DNA from: Zygnema circumcarinatum SAG 698-1b
Taxonomy: Eukaryota > Plantae > Zygnematophyceae
Assembly (NCBI GenBank): GCA_037447605.1
Contig: CM074814.1
Coordinates: 1,116,001 to 1,180,000 of the forward strand
Length of the DNA: 64,000 nt
Direction of reading: 5' to 3'
Positions 10,401 through 21,800 of this stretch are shown here, in pieces. The position numbers were made by a program, and so were the translations under genes. The notes under the pieces were generated by a model, which saw only the letters and a list, made by a program, of their open reading frames with translations, was not told the origin of the DNA and ran no database searches. Position 1 is the stretch's first letter. Each line of letters begins with the position of its first letter.

Positions 10401-13090
10401 CAGCTCAAGCAAATCCGAGATGATCTGTTTGAGACTTTCAGGCGAAGGCCTTCTGGTATTGCTGAGGCTGAAGAAGTGCGATTAACTGCCGAATCGCTGA
10501 GGAGGTACGCCATTTTTACCGTAAACATGAAGTTTCGAAGTGCTGAGTAGATGATTTGTTCTGTTTAAGAAACTTATGAATTAGGATAATACTCAAAGCG
10601 GGACACAAACAGCTTTTCAAGCAAGTGTCAGTATATTCTATACATGCTTGCTTCCTGAGTTCAGTGCAATTGGGGTAAACCAAAATTGACATTCGTTTCC
10701 ATGCTATGTCTGGGTTAACGATACCAATAATCTGCTAATAGCAAATCATGATACGAGTTGTTCTGATTTGTGGAAATCGGCTGTATTTTTGCTCACCACA
10801 TTGGGGCTGGTTTGCTGGTGAAACAGGATGCTCTTAGAGTTTGCTCATGTAGCAAAAGTGGATGTTGAGCCAACCGTTTCTGATCAGGAGCTAATGGAGA
10901 TATTGATGACCAAGTATGAAAAGGAGGTGGCACGCCCTCTGCAAAGCCTTGTCGGGGGAGAGTTGGGCCGCGCTATGCTCATCCAGGTGATTAGACTTCT
11001 AGGAACAGCTCACTATGTACTCAAACTGTTGATGTCTAGCAGCTCAAGTTTTGGCTTGATTCACGTTAGCATTTCAAGACTGCAGTCTTCTTTTACAGGG
11101 ACTTCTTCGTTGTAGAGAATGTGAAACTCTGAGTTGCGACTGATAACTTTATTCACTTGCGATTCTCCTCTATCTCCTCTTTCTACTTCTGCGGAACTCT
11201 CTTTCATTGAATTCTCCATGGGGGTGGGTTTCCTAGGCTTTCTGCTCCATTTGGAGGCATGCCATGCCCCCCCGCCTCGCCTACACGGCTGCATGTCTGA
11301 CTATGCATGTGGGCCCTGCAGGTGCAAAAGCTGAAGCTGGACATTGAAACGTGAGCCCCTCCTCGTCCAACTTCGCGGTCGGTTTCGGTTGGCATGCAGA
11401 GATGTTTTGCAGGGCTGGCCACACACTAGGTGCGCGTATAATGTTGCCACAGAGTAGTGTTATTGCCAAGGTGGTTATGACATGTTTTTAGGATACAGAC
11501 GAGACATTATGGCCTCTATATGTGCTTTTCCAAGAGGAGATGCCACTGGTAGTCAGGGTGGAGCAGGTATCAAGCTTGTTGGCCTCAGCTCCCTGTTGGA
11601 GTCCGGTAACTAGTTGGCACTTTTGAAGGGTATCTATGAAGCGAAGGTGCATTGGAATCCCGCAGGGCCATGTTGGAGCTCGATCAAATTCTTCGAGCAA
11701 ATGAGATCAACTTTGCTGCACTAGCTGCTCTACCAGCTTTGTTGGTCACCATTGGCCTTGTGAGCGTTGTGCGGCAATTATTTCTGTACCAGGTACTTCC
11801 TATTTCTTCTTCCCATTCGGAAGTTCTGAAATGTTAAGGAGAGGAGTAGGAATAGCATGTAATTTTCTGACTGCCCATTCAATGTGGAGATGACAGCAAG
11901 GACGAGGGAGAGAAGGACGAGGCAGAGCAGCACACCTTCAACGGCGGATGCTCATGGCAGATGTGGAACGAATTCTTATGGAATCAAATGTTTTTGTAAG
12001 TTCAAAAATTCAAAAGGTGATTCATCATGTGACATTGGAGAGATTGAAGAGATGCTCGTCTTGGTTTGCTTTCCGCCAATCTGTAGCCCTTGGCTGAATG
12101 TTGATACGAGAGGAATGTCTAAAGTGTTGGTTCCTGTATATGTTCATGCATGAGCATTCATCTGCAATTTCTCATCCTGCAAAAAACACTATTTTGAAGG
12201 ATGATGGGCTCTGGTGCTTGTGTCGGCTGCATTGACAGAGGAGATGTGAGAGAGTGGGAGAGAGAGGGAGGGAGGGAGGGAGAATGAGGGGGGACAGGAA
12301 AAGGGCAAGACATGTAAATGCAAGATAGAGGTAGGCAAGACCATATCTCTGTTGAGGTCTTCTAAACAAAGAACCGATTCACTTCTACCTCGTGGGGGAC
12401 GATGCTCTGCAGGAGGAAGGGAGGTTCGTGAGCCCTCAACAGATGGGCATGCTTGTCTACTCGCTGCACAGACTGCACCAAAGCGTGCAAAGACACGCTC
12501 AAAGGCTTGGAGAATGGTCCAGGTACGTTGCACCGGACCCTGCCTCCCACTATGCCATTTCTATTTAGGGTTTTTGAAGGTTTGTTGTTCACCCTTTCTT
12601 CCTTTCCGATTCCTTCCTACTCTCCTGTGCCAGCTACTCAATAGAATGTCGTAGAACCATGCGGCGGTCTGTTCAGGGGGGGAGGAATCGTTGGATCGCT
12701 TTGTGGACAAATAATCGCTGCATATTATTTCTGCTTCTGAACTAAGAGGTTACCAATTTAGTGTAGGGACACGTGGACACGTGGACACAAAAGCAATTTA
12801 CCTTAGACTTCCCTGCGGCCCCTGGAAATGAAGCCCATGTTTTCTTAATCGTGTGGAGGAGTCTTTTATCTGCTTTTCCAAATAGAAGCTCGTATAGACG
12901 GTGTGTCTGAACAAGCGAAAGGTGCTTGTTTTAAGAAGTTCGCATTCTGTTTGGATGCGTGGGCTGCAGACTAGAAGTGGATCTGAGAGACTTGGCAAAC
13001 CCGCGTCTGGAGGTGCAGCGCAAGCTGGCCATTGCAGCGCGGGTGGAGCGCATATATGAGAGCTTCGTGCCTATTCCCTCCCTCAAATGA
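7441..13090 (+). CDS. DGS1: DGS1 / NCA2-family mitochondrial outer-membrane protein, multi-exon; start codon uncertain
   Basis: Exons encode LRFWQRKSQ, MVLERGPWEF, HYRRPSKAARLWVQYTAAGVGL..WLIRHSRLAGSDDLERW, IRDDLFETFRRR, SDQELMEILMTKYEKE..LVGGELGRAMLIQ, VQKLKLDIET (29-nt exon), AMLELDQILRANEINFAALAALPA and a terminal LANPRLEVQRKLAIAARVERIYESF..*. Confidence 0.92.
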
Positions 13091-13394
13091 GGAAGGAAGG
13101 CTCCTATTGAGCTGAAGGAAGAATGCCCAGCCCACGTTTTCCGTTAATTTTTCGTTTCCGTCGTCCGCTTAGTTTTCAGTTCTGAAGCGGCTTCTGTGCT
13201 GCTGTTTGAAAACCAAATTAGCTTCTTATGTAGGCCCGGGCCGTGATCTGACTTAGCGAGGCAGCCAGCAGAAGCTAGGAACTGTGTGAATGTAGTTGTG
13301 AGAGAGGTTCTATGCAATACCATGTTCTCGAGATTATATGAATTTCAAGAGGGTAGGAAGATGTGTTGATTCGATACGGTGCTTTCTTCTGCAG

Positions 13395-13642
13395 CCGTCG
13401 ATGCTTCTTCGTCATCTTCTGATCTTCTTGAAGACTACTGTAGGGCCGTTCTATGCAGGCATGGCCAGTTGGAGAGGCAGCTGGCAGAGCTTGCAAGCAA
13501 CAACCCGCAAACCAGCCAGCGTCAGAAAGTTGCGAACATCGTAATAGAAGAAAAACTTCAAAACGAACTGGACTATACATTCCATGCACTACGGTATTGT
13601 GCTGCACGGAATTCCGTTTTGACACTCCGAATCCCAGCATAG
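13395..13642 (+). CDS. Orphan putative exon or ORF, helical/coiled-coil-like, unidentified
   Basis: Strong acceptor tttcttctgcag followed by an open frame DLLEDYCRAVLCRHGQLERQLAELASNN..EEKLQNELDYTFHALRYC; no recognisable family. Confidence 0.25.
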
Positions 13643-13733
13643 AACGGTTGGCCACTGGTACGCTCGGTAGTCCGGAACTTGGGGGTGGCAAAGTTATTAC
13701 TGGGCATAAGCTCGTGGAATCCCGTAAAGGTCA

Positions 13734-13792
13734 CCCAAATCATAATGCCACGTCAGTAAGTAGAGTGACGTGGCAGACTCGGATTGGTCCAC
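13734..13792. promoter_or_regulatory. ERSE-type dyad with overlapping ERSE-II (ATTGG-N-CCACG)
   Basis: tgccacgtca gtaagtagag tgacgtggca gactcgg attgg t ccacgt: perfect 10-bp inverted repeat with a 10-nt spacer. The right half is an exact CCAAT-N9-CCACG on the minus strand; the left CCAAT is imperfect. Confidence 0.5.
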
Positions 13793-14927
13793 GTAACCTA
13801 ACGGTCACCGATTCAGTTGGCTCCATCCTTCGCGGGACGCTCCGGAAGGTTGACCGAAACAAAAGGGCCCTTTCCATGTGTACGGACGAGCCAGCATCCC
13901 CCGCTCTTCCGTGCACACGTACACATGCCGGCACTCAATTCTCAACCGTGCCGTACAATATCCGTCCCTTCAGACGTTTCTCGGTCGACCGCCGTCCGTC
14001 CAGTCCGGTCACAGACCCCGTCCCGGAACCGACGGACTCGCCCGATTGGCTCCGGGTTTTGTGGACGGGTCGAGTGGACGGAAACGGTAACAGATTCGGT
14101 GACGGAAAGCTCCGCTCGCTCGAACCGGAAAGGGCGCGGTCCGCCCGCCGGGCGCCGCTTCGAAACCGCCTCCTCCCCTCCCCTCCCCCGCGCTCTCTCG
14201 CTCTCTCTCTGGGCTTCAGAATGACTGAAAATCGGCGCTTGTAAAGGGGAAGGGGAGGATATAATAAGGAAAGCAGGGGGAATTATTGGTGAATGGAAGG
14301 TGGGGATTTTGGGTTTTTCTTATCTGGGGCGTTTTATTTTTTTCTTTAAAACGTGTTGGGTCTGACGGGTGCGCTATTGCGGAGTTTCTGAGAACGAGAA
14401 TTTTGAGATTTGGGTGTGGATTTCAAAAAGGAGAGTTTTTTTGAGGTGGGTTTTTAAAATTAAGAGGTGGGTTGAGTTTTAATTGAAGGGGGGCTGGTGA
14501 TATGGGAAGGCTAAAACTGTGCTCTCGTTTTCTTACTCCGTCAGCGAACTCTGAGAGGAGGCCGACCAGTGCGAATTTTCCGTTTATTTTATTAGTTTAT
14601 TTAATATATGAATATTATCAAGTTAAAAAACCTACATTGGAATTCTTTCTTTAAGTCTTGCAATTTTCTTCATGCATCAATCCGTAGGCTTCCTTTTGAC
14701 TTCAAAAAATAGTTTTACTTGACAAAAAAGCATTAATCTCATTAATAGTATATTTTTATTTAAAAAAAAATGATTGAAGCCCGTATACATAATGAGGTGA
14801 TGACATCTGTCATGAACCAAATTCCTCACTTCCCTTTTAAGTTAAACAAAAAGAAAACGTAAAGGTGGGGTGGTGCAGGAGAGTAAGCAAGCAGCAGGCC
14901 CAGAGCAGCTCCTTAACTTTATCGAGG

Positions 14928-17900
14928 ATGTCTATGACTCTGAACGTGATGACTTTAAATCTCAGCCATGGAGCGCCGACTCCGACCGACTCCAACTGCT
15001 GGGAGAAGAGGAAGCCCATTTGTTTTGACCTCCTGAAAAGATATCAGCCGGCCCTTCTATGCACGCAAGAAGGTATGAGAAGTAGTTTCATCATACCTCC
15101 ATAATATATTCTGCATTTATATTAAAAAATGACTAAATGTACTGCCTAACTGGGACAGTGGATGAGTGGGTGGCTTTAAGAGCCGGTTGGAAGCAAATTC
15201 TGCAAAGTTCTGGGAAACGTGAAAGATTTCTACAAGGAGTCGAAGCTCTTATAGGCTGACAGGAGGTCTGCAGTCCTTTACGACATTGAGCTTCAGATTT
15301 TACTTATAGAGGACTGGGCTCTTAAAAAAAAAAAAAAAAAAATGAGGTGCTATGTTGACACATGAAGAGATCAAAGAACAGGAAGTTCTTTTTATTCGTT
15401 TTTTTTGCACTTACAGCTGTTGTGAAAACTGAGAAAAGCACACTTTTAGAAACATCTTGTCCTTCGAATCAAGCAAAAGCGGGAGAATTCATTCCACCAC
15501 GGAGCATTTCTTTTTGTTTTTATTGTTGTTGGGAAGCTCTAATGGATGTGAGAAATCATGGACGTGCAGGTGTTGAAGCTCAACTCGACTCCATCAAAAG
15601 CCAGCTTCCTAGTAAGCTATGGCTCTTCTCTGCGAAAGGGGAGAGTGGCGGGGGAGAGAGAGTGAGAGACGGGGGGTGGAAGAGAGGGGGGGGAGCGAGA
15701 GTGAGAGACGGGGGGGTGGAAGAGAGGAGGGGGAGCGAGAGTGAGAGATGGGGGGGTGGAAGAGAGGGGGGGAGCGAGAGTGGGAGACGGGGGGGTGGAA
15801 GAGTGGGGAGGGAGAGAGAGTGAGAGACGGGGGGGTGGAAGAGAGGGGAGGGAGCGAAAGTGAGAGACGGGGGGGTGGAAGAGAGGAGGGGGAGCAAGAG
15901 TGAGAGACGGGGGGGGTGGAAGAGAGAAGGGGTGGGAGAGGGGGGGAGCGAGAGTGAGAGACGGGGGGGTGGAGGAGAGGAGGGGGAGCAAGAGTGAGAG
16001 ACGGGGGGGGTGGAAGAGAGGGGGGGGAGTGAGAGTGAGAGGGGGAGCGGGGGGGTGGAGGAGAGGGGGGGGGTGGAAGAGAGGGGGGGGAGTGAGAGTG
16101 AGAGACGGGGGGGTGGAGGAGAGGAGGGGGAGCAAGAGTGAGAGACGGGGGGGGTGGAAGAGAGGGGGGGGAGCGAGAGTGAAAGACGGGTGGGGTGAGT
16201 TGAGGAGGGGGAGCAATAAAGAGAGACGGGGGGGGTGGAAGAGAGGGGGGGGAGTGAGAGTGAGAGACGGGGGGGTAGACAGAGGCGGAGTGGATAGCAA
16301 TTGCGTTATCTTTCCTGTCTGGGGACTCGTTTCTCCGAAAGTATGCTTAGAGGAGTCCAAGTGAGGGAGTAGCTTCTCGGTATGCCTAACATTCAAAGTG
16401 TGTTTAGAATCTCTTCGGAGAAGGTTTATTCAAAGTGTGCCAAAGGACAATGTTTGTACGGACATAGACCGACATAGTGCAGGTTCTCATAGAGAGCGAG
16501 TCCGTTGGCTTTTTGCAGACTACGACTACTTCATCACCTCTCGCGAGGGGTCACATGAGGAGTCCAACGGAGCGAGTTGCGCCATCCTGTTTGACAAAAG
16601 TAAGGTGAGCTCACTGTAAGTTGACAAAGAGGAAATGCAGGAAACTAATTCCACAGGCATTCTGAGAGAGGAATATTGGGTTTAGTGATTTTCATTTTTT
16701 TCTTTTCTTTTGGGTTTCCATGCAAGATTGATCGATACGACGGCGGAACTTTTTGGCTTTCCGAGTCTCCCTCCGTGGCAGGCAGCACATCATGGGGGGC
16801 AAAAAGACCATCCACTGCCACGTGGGCGATATCCTCTCTCTCACTCCTCTCTCTCTCTCTCTCACTCTCTCTCTCTCTCTCCTTATTCACAGAATCCATT
16901 TACTATTATTCCCTTTAGCAACCTGTTCATTGTATGAAGAGCCTAGAGAATGCGCATAGCATATGTTTTTAATTCTTGTTGTCTCCCCTGTTTTATGAAC
17001 TTCGGGAAGCCTTAACGGAAACCCACACTTTCCAGATGAAGGGGGTACAGCCTCCGGGCTACGCCTTCCAGGTGCTGAATGTGAAGTTTGCGGACACGTG
17101 TCAGCGCGTGCACAGGAGAGCCGCTCTCCTTCTATGGCAGCACATCTCCTCTCTCCCTCCCTCCCTCCCCGTCATTCTCTGCGGCGATTTCGCTACTTCA
17201 AAAGACACCAAAGCCGGTCGAATTCTTCTCGGAAAATCCACGTAAGGCAGAAACCTTTGATAAAGGCATTGCAGGAAGAGCAAGCTTGTATTCCGAGTGT
17301 GCCACCGAACATTAAAAAAATGCTATTTTTCTTTTTTTTTTGTATTGTGCAGATTGCGGGGAATAGCAGGGGACATGAGGGATGTTTGGACGCATTCCCA
17401 CCGGAGGAAGAACAGTGGCCTCCTCTATAGCGCTCATAACTTTCAAGGTGAGGGCTCGGCCCTAACCTTGAGAAGAACTAGCCCCTCGAGTTCTCACCCT
17501 TGTAAAGGGCCAAGAAGATGGTAGACCTTGAGCTCAAAGGGAAGAAAAAACTGTCCATTTTTCCCCTTTCTCTCTCTCAGATTTTCTGCTTTATCGGAAG
17601 GCCAACCGAGTTCCTGCCTCACTTCTTCTTCGTCTTCTTCTTCGTCTTCTTCTTCTCCTTCCCCTTCTCCGTCTTCTTCTTCTCCTTGCCCATCTTCTTC
17701 TTCTCCTTCTCCTTCTTCTCCTTCTTCTTCTTCTCCTCCTTCTTCTTCTACTTGCAGGAGAAGGCCGCGTATCCTGTTTGAAGTTCCTCCGCCACGTGTA
17801 CTACGCTGTGAGCATGTGCTGGGACCCCGCCGTGCAGGACCTCCACCGCGATTGGATCTTGTTCCGCAGCCGCTTCCTCTCCCCCGCGTACTCCGAACTC

Positions 17901-17999
17901 GTCACGTTGACCGACCAGGAGGGCCGCTACCCCTCCGCGCACTACCCGCTCTACGTCAACTTCCTTCTGCCGAGGAGTGTGCGCCTACTCGACGCGTAG
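14928..17999 (+). CDS. DNase I-like endonuclease/exonuclease/phosphatase (EEP) family protein, plant type similar to Arabidopsis AT4G30900
   Basis: MSMTLNVMTLNL..NCWEKRK..LLCTQEG/VEAQLDSIKSQLP, GGTFWLSESPSVAGSTSWG..ATWA, FQMKGVQPPGYAFQV, ALLLWQHISSLPPSLPVILCGDF, GDMRDVW, CWDPAVQDLHRDWILFR, YPSAHYPLYVNFLLPRSVRLLDA*. Confidence 0.88.
15640..16275. repeat. G-rich minisatellite of about 38-40 bp (gagcgagagtgagagacgggggggtggaagagaggggggg)n inside an EEP intron
   Basis: Roughly 15 degenerate tandem units visible. Confidence 0.85.
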
Positions 18000-18120
18000 A
18001 AGTGTGCATCTAGTCGACGCGTAGGATTGTGCACCTAGTCGACGCGTAGGATTGTGCACCTTGTCGACGCGTAGGAATGTGCGCCAATTCTAAGAGTGTG
18101 CGCCTAGTCGACGCGTAGGA
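17975..18120 (+). repeat. Tandem copies of about 25 bp of the EEP stop-codon region (ctagtcgacgcgtaggattgtgcac)
   Basis: The gene end gtgcgcctactcgacgcgTAG recurs about five more times, with variants, immediately downstream. Confidence 0.85.
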
Positions 18121-18359
18121 GGAGAGGGCTTTGGGATGCATGGGAGGGGTAAAATGGGGGGATCGATGCTGGGGGGGATAATAGCAAGCAGGCAGGCAGG
18201 TAGGTAGGTACTGTTACAGTTAAAGAAAAAAACATAGAACGAGAGATAGGGAGAAACAGAGCGCGAAAGAGCCAAACACACGAGAGATTTGGGGGGGAGT
18301 GGGGGGGGGGAGGGGTAGAGGTGATAGAATAGTCCGCTGCTTCAGCATTGAGAATGTAG

Positions 18360-18575
18360 AGCTGCGAGAGTTTAGATATCGTATTTGCCGCAGGTCTCAT
18401 ATATTAATAAGGTGAAGCCTTTTTAAAGTCGCCTTTTTTTGAGACGAAAGTCGCCCCTTGCTTTGACAACGACGGAAGAACGATCGATATGATACGATGC
18501 AATACGATACGATATAACACGATACCAAAAGATATTCTGCGATACGATACGATATTATACGATATGGTACGGTGC
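18360..18575. repeat. CGATA/GATAC-rich short-repeat island
   Basis: gatatcgtat, cgatatgatacgatgcaatacgatacgatataacacgatacc..gcgatacgatacgatattatacgatatgg. Confidence 0.6.
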
Positions 18576-18886
18576 CGAAGTCCAGGTTGCGGCTGCTGAC
18601 GTTTCTGGTTGACGGGTCTCAAACGGAAAGGCGTCAGCGGAATGTGAAACGCCACTCCCGACATGTCACGTGTCGAGTCCTCCAGACCGATGTACGGTCG
18701 AGCTGTGGAGCCGTCTGCCGCCCCGAGAGATCGTACGGTTGTCAGGGGGACAATCGTACGGCCGTGCGCTGTCGGAATGTCGCGTTCGAGCGCGGGGACA
18801 AATTATAAAGGGGCGCTCAAATTTCGGAGGCCTCGAGAGGCCTGGAAGGTCCGGAGGGCGGAGGCACTCCCTGCCATGGCGGGGCC

Positions 18887-21800
18887 ATGAGCATGATCGC
18901 GGCCATGGCGAGGAGGAGGGCGGTGCTCTTCGCCGCCCTCATCCTCCTCGCCGTGTGCTTGACAGCCTTCTCCATGGCCGCGCTCTCCTCCCACGGCCCG
19001 CGGTGCTTCCTGAGACGCGCCGCGTGCCGGGCTGCGGAGCCGTACAGCCCCCGCGTTCAGCTGCAGCGATCGCACGCGCGCGAGTTCGTGCCTTGCAGCG
19101 ATGTGAGGCGCGAGGCCGACCTTTCGAGTAAGCCTGCGCAGCTCTGAACATTTGAACCTTTAATGCTAAATCCTAAACCATGAATCGCAGCACTCTGTCG
19201 GGTGTCCAGGGCAGTGGCGGATCCAGGATTTTTGCTGAGGGAAGGCTAAGCCCACTTTCAGCTCAAAATACTTAAGATAAAAAATAAAAATAAAAATAAA
19301 AAGTCACTGGTTCAGAGGAGTACCTCCAGTAACGCATGACACAGTTCACTGCAACACTTCTCAGGCCCACACCTTTCATTCCGTTTCCTAATTCCTAGTT
19401 TTTCTTCGGCAAAAACAGTTTCAAAATTTGAATTCCTCAAAGAATGTAAAACTTATACTCTTCAAGTAAATCAATTCGCTCTATCCCTTCGCACTTTTGA
19501 TGACGTCCTCCGCTTGGTCGAGCAATGCTGCCTGCCCTCTGCTTCTGGCGCCGCATGGAAGCCCTAATTCCGTTATGCCGTGTTGCTCGCCGTCCCGTTC
19601 TGTTGTCAGTTCCGGAGCGCAGCAACGGCTACTTGACGGTTACAGTTCGCGGCGGCTTCAACCAACAGAGAAAGGGCATCGTCAACGCTGTTGTGTTGGC
19701 GCGCCTTCTCAACGCAACGCTCGTCGTCCCCGCCATGGAGGAGCACGAAGTGTGGAAAGTGGCCACGTGCGAAGCTTTCATGCCCAACAAGTGCACTCCT
19801 TTGTGCAGCATGAGAGGAGGAACGGAAGGGCATGGGAGGGAAGGATTTGGGAAAGAGACACTAGGAGGCTGAAAGTGAGCTTTAAACATTGTCATGGGAC
19901 AACTTGAGTCGATGGAAACTTCGGAGCTTTTTGTTTGAGGAGCATGTTGTGGCTACTTGCAATCTTGCGTTAGTTGGTTAACATCAGACATGGGAGTCTC
20001 TCTCACTCTCTCTTCCGCGAAGAGAGGGACAGAGAGCAAGAGAGAGGGAAAGCGATGAGATGAGATGAGAGATGAAAGAGAGAGGGAGAGAGATACTGGA
20101 GGGGGGACAGAGGGAGGAAGTGCGAACGTTTCTTATGGTTACGAGTGTTGATTTTGCGTTTGATGTTGTTAATTCGGTGAACTAGTTTGTTTGGCTTGCG
20201 TGCAGGAAGATGGATAATGTATTTGATGTTCATTGGTTCATCAAATCACTCAAAGAAGATGTGGAGATTGTAAGGTGACATTCAACACAAGTCCGATTGC
20301 CTGTGCTGTTCGTCACCTACGCCCTTTCCTCCCCACTCTCTTTTTCCCTCTCCCTCTCATCTTCTCTTCTATTCCTACTACAGCTCCTTCCCCCTTCACT
20401 CCCTTTGTCCTCTGTCCCTCCACCGCTCGCCCTCCCTCCTTTTCATCAGCTCCCTCCCCCTAACCCTCTCTCTTACTCTCCGTTTCTCTCTCACTCTCTC
20501 TCTTTCTCTCGTTCTATACACTCATATTGTGACTCAGAGGATTGCCATTTCAGAACTCTTCCTCCCAATGTGGCACCCAAATGTGTGAGCTCCTCCCTCA
20601 TCTACGAATCTCCGAATTATTTGACCATAGAAGTAATAACTCAACAAATTCTCCCTCGTTTAATTCAAGAAGGCTCTCTGTGCCTAATAAGGTGGCACGT
20701 GCAACTGGTCGAAAATCTTCCCTTGGACCTCCAAGTAAGTGCTGTCATACCTCTAGAGACTATAGTTTTTGGCTTTGATTACGAATCTTAATGCATACTT
20801 CTTTTCTTTCCCTTTTTTTTTTTTCTTTCTTCATTTTGTGTGTTACTTTTTATGTTTGTCTTCTTTCCATCCCCCTTTATTCCGTTCTCTTCCTCTCATT
20901 CTCGTCCTCTTCCTTTCTCTCTACTTCTCTCTCTCTCTGTCTCTCTGTCCCCTCCTGGCGTTCTGACTGTGGTCTCTTTTTGTTATTAGCGGTTACGATG
21001 CCGAGCAAACTATCACGCTCTCCGGGTTCTTCCCCATATTCAAGAGTGAGCTCAACCATTCGCATCCCAGAGACGGAGAGGGAGAGGGAAAGAGGCAGAA
21101 GGAGGTCGAGTAAGTGTAGGAGCAGAGAGAGATGGGGAAAGATGAACGAGAAAGTGAAAGAGAGATAGGAAGGAGGGAGACGGGAAAATGACACAGGTCG
21201 CAGGGGAGAATGAAGCAACGAGAGAAAGAGCAAGAGAATGTTGGGGAGAGGGAGAGAGGGGGAGAGAAGCACTGAGATGAACAGAGCGAGAGACGCAAAA
21301 AAATTAAGCGAAAGAGGAAGGAGGTGAAAACGATCGAACTTCCACTTGTGTTCCCGAAAACCACTCTCGATTAGTTTCAAAGTTTTCAGTTTGCTGAGTT
21401 CGTTGTAAATGGCCAGTTATATGTAGTTTTAGTTTAGCGTATTTGTTAACTGCATGGGGAGCAGCCTGGGACGAAAGTTGATAAAAAAATTACAACGGAA
21501 TGGGACCTATGTGGCGCTGCACATGCGGTTCGAACCTGACTGGCTCAAATATAGCCGTGAGTCTCTCTCTCGCCCACGTTCTCTATATCTCTCTCACCCT
21601 CCCTCTCTCTCTTTCGCGCTCTCTCTATATCTACCTCTTTTTCTTGCTGTCTCTCCCTAGCTTTCGTTCCTCCCCATTCTTCCGGTCGTGCTCTCCCCCA
21701 CTTTCCTCTCGTCGTCCCTCGCCTCCTCTCTCTCCGGCCCTCTCTCTCGCCCCATCTGACCCTCTCTCTCGACTCTCCTTCTCTCTCTCTCTTTCACAAG

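Noticed and set aside
19133-19147. Premature stop after the first GT106 exon (KPAQL*) suggesting pseudogenes
   Set aside because: A GTAAGC donor precedes the stop and splices in phase to ttgtcag/TTCCGGAG in copy A, and the same donor is present in B and C
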